Origin: Alphaproteobacteria bacterium
GTDB lineage: Bacteria > Pseudomonadota > Alphaproteobacteria > UBA828
DNA length: 64,000 nucleotides
Direction of reading: 5' to 3'
NCBI GenBank assembly: GCA_965221125.1
Contig: CBDCRW010000005.1
Coordinates: 1 to 64,000 of the forward strand
Below, in pieces: positions 39,904 to 50,564 of this stretch. The translations under genes and the position numbers were made by a program. The notes below the pieces were generated by a model that saw nothing but the letters and a program-made list of their open reading frames with translations, had not been told where the DNA came from and did no database searches. Within the stretch, counting starts at the first letter, position 1, and the number at the start of each line of letters is the position of its first letter.

Positions 39904-41320
39904 GGATCGATCTCGCACCCTCTCCGCAGCCGGCCGGTGCCGGCGGATCGGACCGGCAGGCGCCGCCCTGCTGCTGATCCTGCTCGCCGGCGCCTGCGCC
40001 GCGCCGAGCGTAGCGCCGCCGCAGCCAGAGGACCAGCCGCCGCCGCCGCCTGAGACCGAGGCGCCCGAGCCGGAGGCCGAGGACGAGGCGCTCGTCGCCC
40101 CCCCTGCCGACGACGTGGCCGCGCCCGAGCCGGCCGAGGACGAACCGGCCGCTGTGCCCGAGGCGACGCCGGCCGTCGCCAGGGTGGGCCTGCTGCTGCC
40201 GCTGACCGGCCGCTACGCGGCGGAGGGCGAGACCCTGCTACGCGCCGCGCAGCTCGCGCTCTTCGACACCGCCGACGAGCACTTCCTCCTGCTACCGCGC
40301 GATACGGAAGGCACGGCGACGGGCGCGGAAAGAGCCGCGCTCGCGCTGCTGGAAGAGGGCGTCGACCTGATCCTGGGCCCGCTGTTCTCCGAGGGCGTGA
40401 GCGCCGTCGCCGGCCACGCCCGGATGCGGAACGTCACGGTCGTGGCCTTCTCGACCGACCGGGCGGCGGCGAGCGCGGGGGTCTACCTGCTGGGCCACAC
40501 GCCGCGCGCCCAGATCAGGCGGGTCTTCGCCCACGCGGCGGCCAAGGGCCATCGGGAGATCGCTCTTCTCGTGCCGGACACGCGCTACGGCGCGGCGGTT
40601 CTGGTCGAGGCCTGGGCGGCGGCGGAGGCTTCCGGCCTCTCGCCCACGCGGGTCCGCACCTACGCGCCGGACGCGTCCGACGCGGCCGAGGTGGTGCGCG
40701 CGCTCGCCGAGTACGACAGGCGGGCGCAGGCGCTCAAGGACGAGAGAGCCGCGCTCGCGCGCCAGAACGATGCCGCCGCGCGCCAGCGCCTGGGGCGGCT
40801 CGCGACGCTGGACACCCTGGGCGCGCTGCCCTTCGATGCCCTGCTGCTGGCCGACGGCGGCGCCCGGCTGCGGCAGGTCGCGCCGCTGCTGCCCTACTAC
40901 GACATCGACCCCGCGAAGATTCGCCTGCTCGGGACGGGCCTGTGGGAGGACCCGGTCACGCTCGGCGAGCCGGCGCTTGCGGGGGGCTGGTTCGCCGGCC
41001 CCGACCCGGCGGCGCGGCGGCACTTCGAGACCCGCTACCGCAGGCTCTTCGGCGAGGCGCCGGGCGCCATCGCCACGGTCGCCTACGACGCGACCGCGCT
41101 GGCGGCTGCGCTGGCGCGCGCCGGTGCCGCGTTCGAGCCCGAGGCCATCGGCAATCGCGGGGGCTTCCTCGGCGCCGACGGGCTGTTCCGCTTCGACGAG
41201 GAGGGGATCGCGGAACGCGGCCTCGCGATCTTCGAGGTGGCGAGCGGCGGCGGGACCTCCATCGTGAGCCCCGCGCCATCGCGCTTCGACACAGGTGAGC
41301 CTGCCCCGGACGACGGTTAG
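39902..41320 (+). CDS. Penicillin-binding protein activator (LpoA-like) lipoprotein
   Basis: LAGAC lipobox, VGLLLPLTG, ILGPLF, GLFRF; divergent from rsmI. Confidence 0.82.
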   Translation: MDRSRTLSAAGRCRRIGPAGAALLLILLAGACAAPSVAPPQPEDQPPPPPETEAPEPEAEDEALVAPPADDVAAPEPAEDEPAAVPEATPAVARVGLLLPLTGRYAAEGETLLRAAQLALFDTADEHFLLLPRDTEGTATGAERAALALLEEGVDLILGPLFSEGVSAVAGHARMRNVTVVAFSTDRAAASAGVYLLGHTPRAQIRRVFAHAAAKGHREIALLVPDTRYGAAVLVEAWAAAEASGLSPTRVRTYAPDASDAAEVVRALAEYDRRAQALKDERAALARQNDAAARQRLGRLATLDTLGALPFDALLLADGGARLRQVAPLLPYYDIDPAKIRLLGTGLWEDPVTLGEPALAGGWFAGPDPAARRHFETRYRRLFGEAPGAIATVAYDATALAAALARAGAAFEPEAIGNRGGFLGADGLFRFDEEGIAERGLAIFEVASGGGTSIVSPAPSRFDTGEPAPDDG

Positions 41321-41552
41321 AGCACGATCCGGCCGGATAGAATCCGTACCTGGTCGTCACACGTTCGCGTACTCGCTTGCTGGGTGCCCGGAAAACCCCC
41401 TCCTCACCCCGACCCTCTCCTCCCCCGAGGGGAGGAGAGGGAGAAAAGGCCGACGCGGCCAGCGTTCCCCCTCCGCCCATTGGGGGGAGGGGGACAGGGG
41501 GAGGTGGGAACGTTCGGGCCGTCGTGACCCGCTCAGGTCGAAAATCGCTCTA
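41318..41552. repeat. MITE-like element enclosing paired BoxC-like palindromes
   Basis: Ends TAGAGC.../...GCTCTA; internal units at 41396-41510. Confidence 0.55.
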
Positions 41553-41596
41553 CAGCGTGTCCGCTTTCGGCGGGCGGCGGTCACGCCTCGCCGCTG

Positions 41597-42361
<765 letters not shown>

Positions 42362-42370
42362 GGTGCCTCC

Positions 42371-43483
42371 CTAGCGTTGCTCGGTGTCCAGGCGCTTCTC
42401 GAGATTGAGCGAGTAGCGCGACATGCTGAAGCAGATCACGAAGAAGAACAGCGCCGCCAGCAGGAAGGTCTCGTAGTCGACCTTGCCGAGCCAGTCCGGG
42501 TTGGTCTGCAGCAGGCGCGCCTGGCCGAGGATGTCGAACAGGCCAATGATGATGACCAGCGTGGTGTCCTTGAAGAGGCCGATGAAGGTGTTGACGATGC
42601 CGGGGATCGAGATCTTGAGCGCCTGCGGCAGGATGATGAGCCGCATCGACTGCCAGTAGCCGAGCCCCATGGCCTGGCCGGCCTCGTACTGCCCGTTGGG
42701 GATCGCCTGCAGCCCGCCGCGGATCACCTCGGCCATGTAGGCGGACGCGAACACCGTGATGATGATCATCACCCGGATCAGCTGATCCAGCGTGACCTGG
42801 GGCGGCAGGAAGAGCGGCAGCAGGATGATTGCGACGAAGAGCAGCGTGATCAGCGGCACGCCCCGGATGAACTCGATGAACCCCACCGAGAACCAGCGGA
42901 CGATGGGCATGCGCGAGCGCCGCCCCAGCGCGAGGACGATGCCGATGGGCAGCGAGAGCACGATGCCGACGAGCCCGGCGATGAGGTTGAGCATGAAGCC
43001 GCCGAACTGGTCGGTGCGGACGACGTCGAGGCCGAGGCCGCCGACCAGCAGGAACCCGGCGATCACGGGGTACGCGAGCGAGAACCAGCGCCCGTAGCGG
43101 GCGTAGGGCAGCTTGTCGAACAGCATGTAGGCGAGGGCCGGCACCAGCAGGGCGATGCAGACGTTCACGCGCCAGTAGGCATCGGCCGGGTAGAAGCCGT
43201 AGAAGAACTGGGTGATGCGCTGGTCGAGCCAGGCCCAGCACGCGCCTTCGCTGGGGCAGTCCTTGCCGATCTCCCCGGTGAGCGTGGCGTCGATGAAGGC
43301 CCACTCGATCAGGCCCGGGATGACCAGCGCGAGCACGGCGACCGATGCCACCGTGAGCGCCGCGCTCAGCCAGTTGGAGAAGAGGTTGGCGCGCAGCCAG
43401 CCGATGACGCCCGTGCTGGTGAGCGGCGCGGGCCGCTCCGCCAGCATCTCCGCCCGGCTGCGATGGAAGGCGTGCTTCGTCAT
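42371..43483 (-). CDS. aapM: Amino acid ABC permease
   Basis: GACWA, RGVPLIT, IGLFKDTTLV. Confidence 0.9.
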   Translation of the reverse strand: MTKHAFHRSRAEMLAERPAPLTSTGVIGWLRANLFSNWLSAALTVASVAVLALVIPGLIEWAFIDATLTGEIGKDCPSEGACWAWLDQRITQFFYGFYPADAYWRVNVCIALLVPALAYMLFDKLPYARYGRWFSLAYPVIAGFLLVGGLGLDVVRTDQFGGFMLNLIAGLVGIVLSLPIGIVLALGRRSRMPIVRWFSVGFIEFIRGVPLITLLFVAIILLPLFLPPQVTLDQLIRVMIIITVFASAYMAEVIRGGLQAIPNGQYEAGQAMGLGYWQSMRLIILPQALKISIPGIVNTFIGLFKDTTLVIIIGLFDILGQARLLQTNPDWLGKVDYETFLLAALFFFVICFSMSRYSLNLEKRLDTEQR

Positions 43484-44667
43484 CGTTCAACCAGCGCGAT
43501 GCGCTTGTTGTACCAGTTCATGAACGCGGACGTGAGCAGGCTCAGCACCAGGTAGAACGCCATGTAGAGGGAGATCACCTCGAGCGCCTGGCCGCTCTGG
43601 TTGAGGATGGTGTCGCCGATCGAGACGATGTCCTGGTAGCCGATGGCGACGGCAAGCGAGGAGTTCTTGGTCAGGTTGAGGTACTGGCTGGTCATCGGCG
43701 GAATGATCACGCGCAGCGCCTGCGGCAGGATGATCTTGCGCATGGTCAGCCCGCGCCGCAGCCCGAGCGCGCCGGCCGCCTCGGTCTGCCCCTTGGAGAC
43801 CGAGAGAATGCCGGCGCGCACGATCTCGGAGATGAAGGCGCCGGTGTAGGTGGAGAGCGCGAGCCAGAGCGCCACCAGCTCCGGCGTGATGTTGAAGCCG
43901 CCCTTCAGGTTGAAGCGCTTCTTCTCCGGGATGTCGAAGTCGAGCGGCTGGCCGACGGCGAAATAGACGACCACGGGGATGCCGACGATCAGCCCGAGCC
44001 CGACCCAGCCCACGGGGAAGGTGCGGCCCGTCTCGTCCTGGCGCCTCTTCGCCCAGCGGCGCACCAGGAAGGTCGCGACCGCGCCCACCAGGATCATCGC
44101 CAGCACGATGGCCGAGCCGTCCTCGAAGATGGGCGAGGGCAGGAACACGCCGCGGTTGTTGAGAAACGCCGCATCGCCGAGCGAGATGCTGTCCTTCACC
44201 TTGGGCAGCGCCAGCATGATCAGCCACCAGAAGATGATCTGCAGCAGGACCGGGACGTTGCGGGTGAACTCGACCCAGGTGGCCACGATGCGGCTGATCA
44301 GGTAGTTGTTCGACAGCCTGAGGACGCCCGTGACGAAGCCGATGGCCGTCGCGGCGAAGATGCCCATCACCGCGACGAGGACGGTGTTGAGCGCGCCGAC
44401 GACGAAGGCCTGCCCGTAGGTCGAGGTGGATGCGTAGTCGACGAGGCGCTGGTTGATGTCGAAGTTGGCGGTATCGAAGAGGAAGCCGTAGCCGGACGAG
44501 AGGCCGGCCTCGCGCAGGTTGGTGATCGTGTTGAGGACGACGAAGACGGCGATCCCCGCCAGCCCGACCACGATGAGAATCTGGAAGATGACGCCGCGGG
44601 CGCGCTCGTCGGTCCAGGCGCGGCTTATGTCGAAGCCGCGGCCACCTGGGGGCGCTCTCTTGCTCAC
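43480..44667 (-). CDS. aapQ: Amino acid ABC permease
   Basis: RNVPVLLQI, QYLNLTKNSSLA. Confidence 0.9.
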   Translation of the reverse strand: MSKRAPPGGRGFDISRAWTDERARGVIFQILIVVGLAGIAVFVVLNTITNLREAGLSSGYGFLFDTANFDINQRLVDYASTSTYGQAFVVGALNTVLVAVMGIFAATAIGFVTGVLRLSNNYLISRIVATWVEFTRNVPVLLQIIFWWLIMLALPKVKDSISLGDAAFLNNRGVFLPSPIFEDGSAIVLAMILVGAVATFLVRRWAKRRQDETGRTFPVGWVGLGLIVGIPVVVYFAVGQPLDFDIPEKKRFNLKGGFNITPELVALWLALSTYTGAFISEIVRAGILSVSKGQTEAAGALGLRRGLTMRKIILPQALRVIIPPMTSQYLNLTKNSSLAVAIGYQDIVSIGDTILNQSGQALEVISLYMAFYLVLSLLTSAFMNWYNKRIALVER

Positions 44668-44740
44668 GGTGGCGCCGCCCTCCTCAGGTTATCGAGGCAG
44701 TATCTCTCGTCTCAAATAAGCGCTGTCCGGCAATAAATCG

Positions 44741-44770
44741 CCGTCCCGCCCGGCCGTGCGGGCGGGACGG
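44741..44770. terminator. Stem-loop downstream of aapJ
   Basis: CCGTCCCGCCCG...CGGGCGGGACGG. Confidence 0.5.
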
Positions 44771-44783
44771 CGTCGCGTCGAAC

Positions 44784-45815
44784 TTAACGGAACGGAGGCG
44801 AGTAGAGGATGCCGCCGTCGGTGTACAGCGCGTTCAGGCCACGGCCCAGGCCGAGCGGGCTGTCGGGGCCGATATAGCGGTCGAAGATCTCCGCGTAGTT
44901 GCCTTCCGCGGCAATCGCGCGGACCGCCCACTGCGCATCGAGGCCCAGCATCTCACCCAGCGAGCCTTCCGTGCCCAGCATCCGGTTGATCTCCGGATGA
45001 TCGCCTGCGGCAGCGGCCATCTCGTTCACGTTCCCCTGGGTCACGCCGAGCTCCTCGGCCGTGATCAGCGCGTTGAGCGTCCAGCGCGCGATATCCGCCC
45101 ACTGGTCGTCGCCCTGGCGCACCAGCGGCCCGAGCGGCTCCTTCGAGACGATCTCGGGGAACACCATGTGCGCGCTCGGATCCTCGAAGGTGGTCTTCGT
45201 CGCGGCGAGACCGGAGGCGTCCGTGGTGTAGACGTCGCAACGCTCCGCCTCGTAGGCCGCGCGGGCCTCGGCGTTGGTCTCGATCGGCACCGGCTCGTAG
45301 GTGATGCCGTTGACGCGGAAGAAGTCCGCGAGGTTGAGCTCGGTGGTGGTGCCGGTCTGGATGCAGACCGAGGCGCCGTCGAGCTCGGTGGCGCTGCTGA
45401 TGCCCAAGGCCGTGCGTCCGATGAAGCCCTGGCCGTCATAGTAGTTGACGCCGACGAAGGTGAAGCCGAGGTCGACGTCGCGCGAGAAGGTCCACGTGGT
45501 GTTGCGCGAAAGCACGTCGATCTCGCCCGAGGCCAGCGCCGGGAAGCGCGTCTTGCCGGTCAGGTTGACGAAGGAGATCGCGTTGGCATCGCCGAGGACG
45601 GCAGCCGCCAGCGCCCGGCAATAGGCCACGTCGAAGCCGGTCCAGTTGCCCGCGTCGTCAGTGTAGGCGAAGCCCGGCAGGCCGGTGTTGATGCCGCACT
45701 TGAGCGTGCCTGCGGCCTTCACGTCGTCGAGTGTCGCTGCCTGGCCGGGAACCGCGCCCGCCGCCACCAGCGCACCGGCCACCGCAATGGCGCCGGCGAT
45801 TTTCTTGAAGCTCAT
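44784..45815 (-). CDS. aapJ: General L-amino acid-binding protein
   Basis: SRNTTWTFSRD, YYDGQGF, SKEPLGP, YSPPFR. Confidence 0.93.
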   Translation of the reverse strand: MSFKKIAGAIAVAGALVAAGAVPGQAATLDDVKAAGTLKCGINTGLPGFAYTDDAGNWTGFDVAYCRALAAAVLGDANAISFVNLTGKTRFPALASGEIDVLSRNTTWTFSRDVDLGFTFVGVNYYDGQGFIGRTALGISSATELDGASVCIQTGTTTELNLADFFRVNGITYEPVPIETNAEARAAYEAERCDVYTTDASGLAATKTTFEDPSAHMVFPEIVSKEPLGPLVRQGDDQWADIARWTLNALITAEELGVTQGNVNEMAAAAGDHPEINRMLGTEGSLGEMLGLDAQWAVRAIAAEGNYAEIFDRYIGPDSPLGLGRGLNALYTDGGILYSPPFR

Positions 45816-45967
45816 TCCCGTCCTCCAGTTCCAGTTTCTCCGCACGCCCGCTGCAGATGGCCTGCCGCGACGCGAGGGGGCGGCCATTATAGCCCGCCAC
45901 CTCGGCGCACGTAGTCCGCAGTCTAGGAAACGGGACTAGGACTAAGCAAGCCCCGCATCGTCGGGGC

Positions 45968-48057
45968 CAGGAACATTTTTTAGTCATGGCTGAGAGGGCG
46001 GGATGACCGAGAGCGGGCAGGCTTGGGCCGATGAAGGTCCTGGCCGAGCTTGGCTGGGCGGCTGCATGGGGTCCGCGGGGGCCGGTAGGGCTCGGTTTTC
46101 GGGCTCGCCGGGCAAAGCGATCCCGCCGCGCCGTTCGACGGCGCGTCCCGTCGCGCTCTGCGACGCGGTTACGCCCGCAGGATCATGCAGCGGGCGCGAT
46201 CAGGATCGCGTCGAGAGCCTCCTGGGCGCGGGCGGCATAATGCCGGTTGGCCTCGGGCAGGAAGCGGAAGCGCCCGTCGCAGCGCACGATGGCGATGGCC
46301 GCGTTGGTCAGGCAGGAGAGATTGCGCGGCAGGTGGCGCACGTACGCCCGGCAGCGGTCTTCGTCATAGGTGAAGTCGCGCACGTAGTGCAGCCGGTTCT
46401 CGATGTGCCAGTGATTGCGGACCAGAGCCAGAAGCTCCTCGGGCCCGGCGCGGTCTGCGCCGAGCGAGGTCAGGCTCCAGGTCACCTCGACGCTGCGCTC
46501 GCCGGTCTTGAGGATCTCGCGCTCGCGTTCGATGCGCATCGCCTGGCGGCGTCCGTGAAGGTTGGCGTAGCCGTCCCATTCGGCAGCGGAGAGGTCGACG
46601 ACGGCGCAGCGGCGGCGCTCGATGCGGCCATGGCCCTTGTCGACGGTTTCGTGCCAGGGCGCGTCGGAGAAGTCGATCGCCTTGAGGTCTTCGAGGATGG
46701 TCTCCTGATTGTCCTTCACCGCGGTGACCACGTAGTCGGCGCGACGCCCGAGCAGGCAGCGCGCGGTCTCGTGCTGGGCGTGCATCGCATCGAGGGTGAC
46801 GGTCCGGCCTGCGAGGTCGAGACTGCTGGAGAGTTCGCGCACGGCGGGGATCTCGTTGCTCTTTCTATCGACCTCGACCTGTCCCAGGACCATGCCGGTC
46901 TTGTGCACCAGCGCCGCGACCATCATGCGCCGCCCGTCTTCGGTCTGCTTCGAGGCGCCGCGCAGGTCCTTTCCGTCCATGGCGACCGGGGCGTGCGCGC
47001 CGTCGTGCTGGCCGGTCCACCGGCCGATGGCGTTGTCCAGCGTCTCCGGCGGCAGGGCGGCGAGGATGTTGTGGAAGGTGGTGATCGCGGGCGCGGTGTA
47101 GCGCTTCTTCGAAGGGCTCCAGAACGCGCCGACCGCCTCGAGCTGCTCCTGCGAGAGCAGGGCGGCGAACTGGGCGAAGGCTGTCGAGCCCCGGTAGCCG
47201 GCAAGGCGGGCGGCGACGGCAACCGCCAGCACGGTCTTCAAGGGATAGCGCTTGCCCCGGGCATGGCGGCACTCGGGCACCTCGCCCAGGCACTCGAACA
47301 GGCTGCGCAGCCGGGGCGCCGTCATCGGCTCGCTGTGTTGCTCGGCGTTCCAGTTCGCCGGGATCTCGGCCCGGCTCAGCGCTTCGGCGGCGCCATCGCT
47401 AAGTTCGAACACGAAGACCTCCTTGGGCTGGCCGTGGTGGCGCCAGCGCGGAGCAGCTCCGGGGTCACGGGCAAAGCCGCGCGTCATCCCCAGCGAGCGC
47501 CAGTTCGACGCGCGGTAGCAGGTGCCGGCGAAGCGCGCGGGATCGACGAAGGTCTCGGCCAGGAGCGCCGGGTATCCATGCACCGCCTGGGTGTCCGCAG
47601 ACAGCCGCCGCAGGCTCAGCCCCAGAACCCGCGAGGCCAGGTTGGGAACCCGCTCAGGCGTCAGGATCACGAAGCGCGAGTTGTTCGCGATCAGATGCAG
47701 GCGCCGGAACTGCTGCTCCGCCGACCAGCCGATCCAGCGGTCGCGCGCGGCCAGCTTGAACGCGCCCGGCTGCCAGCCGATCAGGGCGAGCCAGGTCTCG
47801 CCATGCACCGCGACATGGCGCAGCCCCTTGCCGACGACGCCGTGGAATCGCAGGTAGTGGTGCTCCTCCACCAGCCGGTCCCAGCGCCGGTGCTCCCGCG
47901 CGCCCCAGGTCGGGCGCACCGTGACCGCACGCAGATCAATGGACGAATCCAGGCCCGGCAACGTCGCCATGGCCGCTACACTGCCACAGCGAAAACGAAA
48001 TGACCAGCGCCGCGATCACCTCACGCCGCTCGCCGGGCGGACAAAAAACGAGCCCTG
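45968..48057 (-). mobile_element. ISAs1-family element
   Basis: 10-bp TSD TCGTCGGGGC at 45958-45967 and 48058-48067; imperfect CAGG....TTTTT.GTC termini. Confidence 0.88.
46183..47970 (-). CDS. ISAs1 transposase with an N-terminal DUF4338-like domain
   Basis: N-terminal HHYL, RDRWIGW, NNSRF, ETFVD, CYRASNW; C-terminal DGK, KSNEIP, DAMH, HWHIENRLH. Confidence 0.9.
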   Translation of the reverse strand: MATLPGLDSSIDLRAVTVRPTWGAREHRRWDRLVEEHHYLRFHGVVGKGLRHVAVHGETWLALIGWQPGAFKLAARDRWIGWSAEQQFRRLHLIANNSRFVILTPERVPNLASRVLGLSLRRLSADTQAVHGYPALLAETFVDPARFAGTCYRASNWRSLGMTRGFARDPGAAPRWRHHGQPKEVFVFELSDGAAEALSRAEIPANWNAEQHSEPMTAPRLRSLFECLGEVPECRHARGKRYPLKTVLAVAVAARLAGYRGSTAFAQFAALLSQEQLEAVGAFWSPSKKRYTAPAITTFHNILAALPPETLDNAIGRWTGQHDGAHAPVAMDGKDLRGASKQTEDGRRMMVAALVHKTGMVLGQVEVDRKSNEIPAVRELSSSLDLAGRTVTLDAMHAQHETARCLLGRRADYVVTAVKDNQETILEDLKAIDFSDAPWHETVDKGHGRIERRRCAVVDLSAAEWDGYANLHGRRQAMRIEREREILKTGERSVEVTWSLTSLGADRAGPEELLALVRNHWHIENRLHYVRDFTYDEDRCRAYVRHLPRNLSCLTNAAIAIVRCDGRFRFLPEANRHYAARAQEALDAILIAPAA

Positions 48058-48283
48058 TCGTCGGGGCGCCATGCAGACGAAAACTTTGGATATGCCGAAA
48101 CGGCACGACTGGGAACGAATTTCGGCGTGGGTCTGCGACGCACGATTGCCGCCCCCGGCATGCCGCCCTTGAGGCCGGGCGGGCGGGACGGGATGATGTC
48201 GGCGCCGGGATGCCGGGCACCTCCCTGGCCCCTCGGGGCCGGGGGACGAGGGCGGGGGCAATCGTGACCGATGCAGCGCAATC

Positions 48284-49252
48284 ATGGGCGAGCCCGTCAG
48301 CCGCGGCCTGGCGGCGACACGGGCGGCGCAGGTGACGCGCGCGGCCTCTTCGCCCGGCGAGTCCCTGCCGCGCCGGGGCTTCGTCCTGCTGGCGGCGCTG
48401 ACGCTGCTCTGGGGCGTCAACTGGCCGATGCTCAAGCTCGCCCTCTCCGAGCTTCCCGTGCTGACCTTCCGCGGGCTCTGCCTCTTCTGCGCTGGCCTCA
48501 TCATCATCGCGTTGCACCGGGCGCTCGGCCGCTCGCTCCGCGTGCCGCGCCACCAGTGGTGGCCGCTGCTGGTCTCGGGCTTCTTCAACATCACGGTCTG
48601 GCATCTCGCGACCGGCTTCGGGCTGCTCTACACGACCTCGGGCCGGGGCGCGATCATCGCCTACACGATGCCGATCTGGACCGTGCCGGTGGGCTACGCG
48701 GTGCTCGGCGAGCGCCCCGGCTGGCGCCGCCTCAGCGCGCTGGCGCTGGGCTCGGCCGGCCTCGGCGTGCTGATCGCGAGCGACGCCCATGCCCTCGGCG
48801 CCGCACCGCTCGGGCCGCTGCTGGTGCTCACGGGCGCCGTCGGCTGGGCCTGCGGCACGGTCGCGCTCAAGCGCGTCGACTGGCAGGTCTCCATGTGGGT
48901 GCTGGTCGGCTGGCAGTGCCTGATCTGCGGCGTGCCGATCTTCGTGGCAGCCGCCGTGGTGGACGCGGACGCGCTGGCGTTCCCGTCGCTCTGGCCGCTG
49001 GTCTCGGTGATCTACAACATCCTCGCGCCGTTCGTGATCTGCTACTACCTCTACTATGAGATCGTGCGGCTGTTCCCGACCGGCGTCGCCACGGTCGGCA
49101 CCCTCGGCATCCCGATGATCGGGCTGTTCAGCGGCGCGCTGATCCTGAACGAGCCGCTCGGCTGGACCGAGTTCACGGCCCTGGGCCTCGTCATCGCGGC
49201 GCTCGCGGTGCCGGTGGTGACCCGGCCGGAGAGTTTTCGGCGCGGCGGATGA
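48284..49252 (+). CDS. DMT/EamA transporter
   Basis: LWGVNWP, about 10 hydrophobic segments. Confidence 0.85.
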   Translation: MGEPVSRGLAATRAAQVTRAASSPGESLPRRGFVLLAALTLLWGVNWPMLKLALSELPVLTFRGLCLFCAGLIIIALHRALGRSLRVPRHQWWPLLVSGFFNITVWHLATGFGLLYTTSGRGAIIAYTMPIWTVPVGYAVLGERPGWRRLSALALGSAGLGVLIASDAHALGAAPLGPLLVLTGAVGWACGTVALKRVDWQVSMWVLVGWQCLICGVPIFVAAAVVDADALAFPSLWPLVSVIYNILAPFVICYYLYYEIVRLFPTGVATVGTLGIPMIGLFSGALILNEPLGWTEFTALGLVIAALAVPVVTRPESFRRGG

Positions 49253-50232
49253 ACGACAGGGCCTCAAGCTGCTGGGTGCTCACCGAAGGCATCGCCGGCA
49301 CCGAGAACCAGTGCCTCGGGCTCGCCGAGGCGATGGGCGAGACGCCAGAGATCAAGCGCGCCGCCCCCGCCGCGCCGTGGCGGCACCTGCCGCCGGCGTG
49401 GCTGGCGCCGCCGCTCCACGCATTGCGCGCCGGCAGCGATGCGCTGCAACCGCCCTGGCCGTCGCTCCTGATCGCCAGCGGGCGCAAGGCGGTGGGCCTC
49501 GCGCTCCGGCTGCGGCGCGTGGCCGGCTGCTTCACCGTCTGCGTCCAGAATCCGCGCGCAGCGCCCGAGCGCTTCGACCTGGTGGTGGCCCCGCGCCACG
49601 ACGGGCTGAGCGGCGCCAACGTGGTCGAGACCCGGACCGCCCTGCACCGCGTCACGCCCGCCCGCCTCGCCGCCGCAGGAAAACAGTTCGCACCGGACCT
49701 GGAGAGCCTGCCCCGGCCGCTGGTGGCGGTGCTGGTGGGCGGCGCGAGCCGGCGGCACCGCTTCGCGCCGTCGGACGGCGCGGCGCTCGGCCGGGCGCTG
49801 GCGGCGATGGCGGCGGATGCCGGCGCGGGGCTCGCCGTCACGGCATCGCGGCGAACGGCGGCGGCGAGCATGGCGGCGCTCACCGACGCGCTCGGCGAGA
49901 CGCCCGCGCGCATCTGGCGCGGCGACGGCGAGAACCCCTATTTCGGCTATCTGGCGCTGGCCGATGCGATCGTCGTCACCGGCGATTCCGTCAGCATGAC
50001 CTCGGAGGCCTGCGCCACCGGCAAGCCCGTCCATGTCGCGCCCATGCGGGGGCGCTCGTCGAAGCGGATCGACCGCTTCTTCCACGGGCTTGCGGAGGAC
50101 GGGCTGGTCACGCCGTTCACGGGCCGGATCGAGGACTGGGCGCCGCGCCCGCCGCTCGACGAGACCGCGCGGGCGGCGGCGATCGTGCGCGAGCGGTACG
50201 AGGAATGGGTAGCCTCTCGTCCCGCCCCTTGA
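49249..50232 (+). CDS. ELM1-family protein
   Basis: GTENQCLGLAE, FDLVVAPRHD, TASRRT, TGDSVSMTSEA. Confidence 0.88.
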   Translation: MNDRASSCWVLTEGIAGTENQCLGLAEAMGETPEIKRAAPAAPWRHLPPAWLAPPLHALRAGSDALQPPWPSLLIASGRKAVGLALRLRRVAGCFTVCVQNPRAAPERFDLVVAPRHDGLSGANVVETRTALHRVTPARLAAAGKQFAPDLESLPRPLVAVLVGGASRRHRFAPSDGAALGRALAAMAADAGAGLAVTASRRTAAASMAALTDALGETPARIWRGDGENPYFGYLALADAIVVTGDSVSMTSEACATGKPVHVAPMRGRSSKRIDRFFHGLAEDGLVTPFTGRIEDWAPRPPLDETARAAAIVRERYEEWVASRPAP

Positions 50233-50564
50233 ACCGGCGACGCGCCCGCCCCTAACCCGCACCATGGTGCTTTGTCAGAAGGTTATTCAATACACCAGAT
50301 TGGGCCGAGAATGTGTGCCAATTAGGTGCGGTATATCAGCGTATTAGGGAATATCGACGAATGCTCTGTCGCGTTGGCCCAAGATTCCAGGCACCACATA
50401 GGCGCAACCAGATTTCGCATTCCTGCGTACACGATTCGCCTATTCAATAGGACTTTTGCCACCGACTTTCCGAATATCGAAATTACAGCCGGCGCCAACT
50501 TCGCTCTCGTCATCAGCATTGAGGGATGTAAGCAACGCGAGCGGGGCCGCATCACACGCCCGCG

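Noticed and set aside
39901-39904. Overlapping divergent start codons of rsmI and the LpoA-like gene
   Set aside because: Both starts are uncertain, and divergence of these two genes is ordinary
46086-46100. TAGGGCTCGGTTTT as the ISAs1 terminus
   Set aside because: Resembles the other end, but the 10-bp TSD places the true end at 45968; at most an internal binding site
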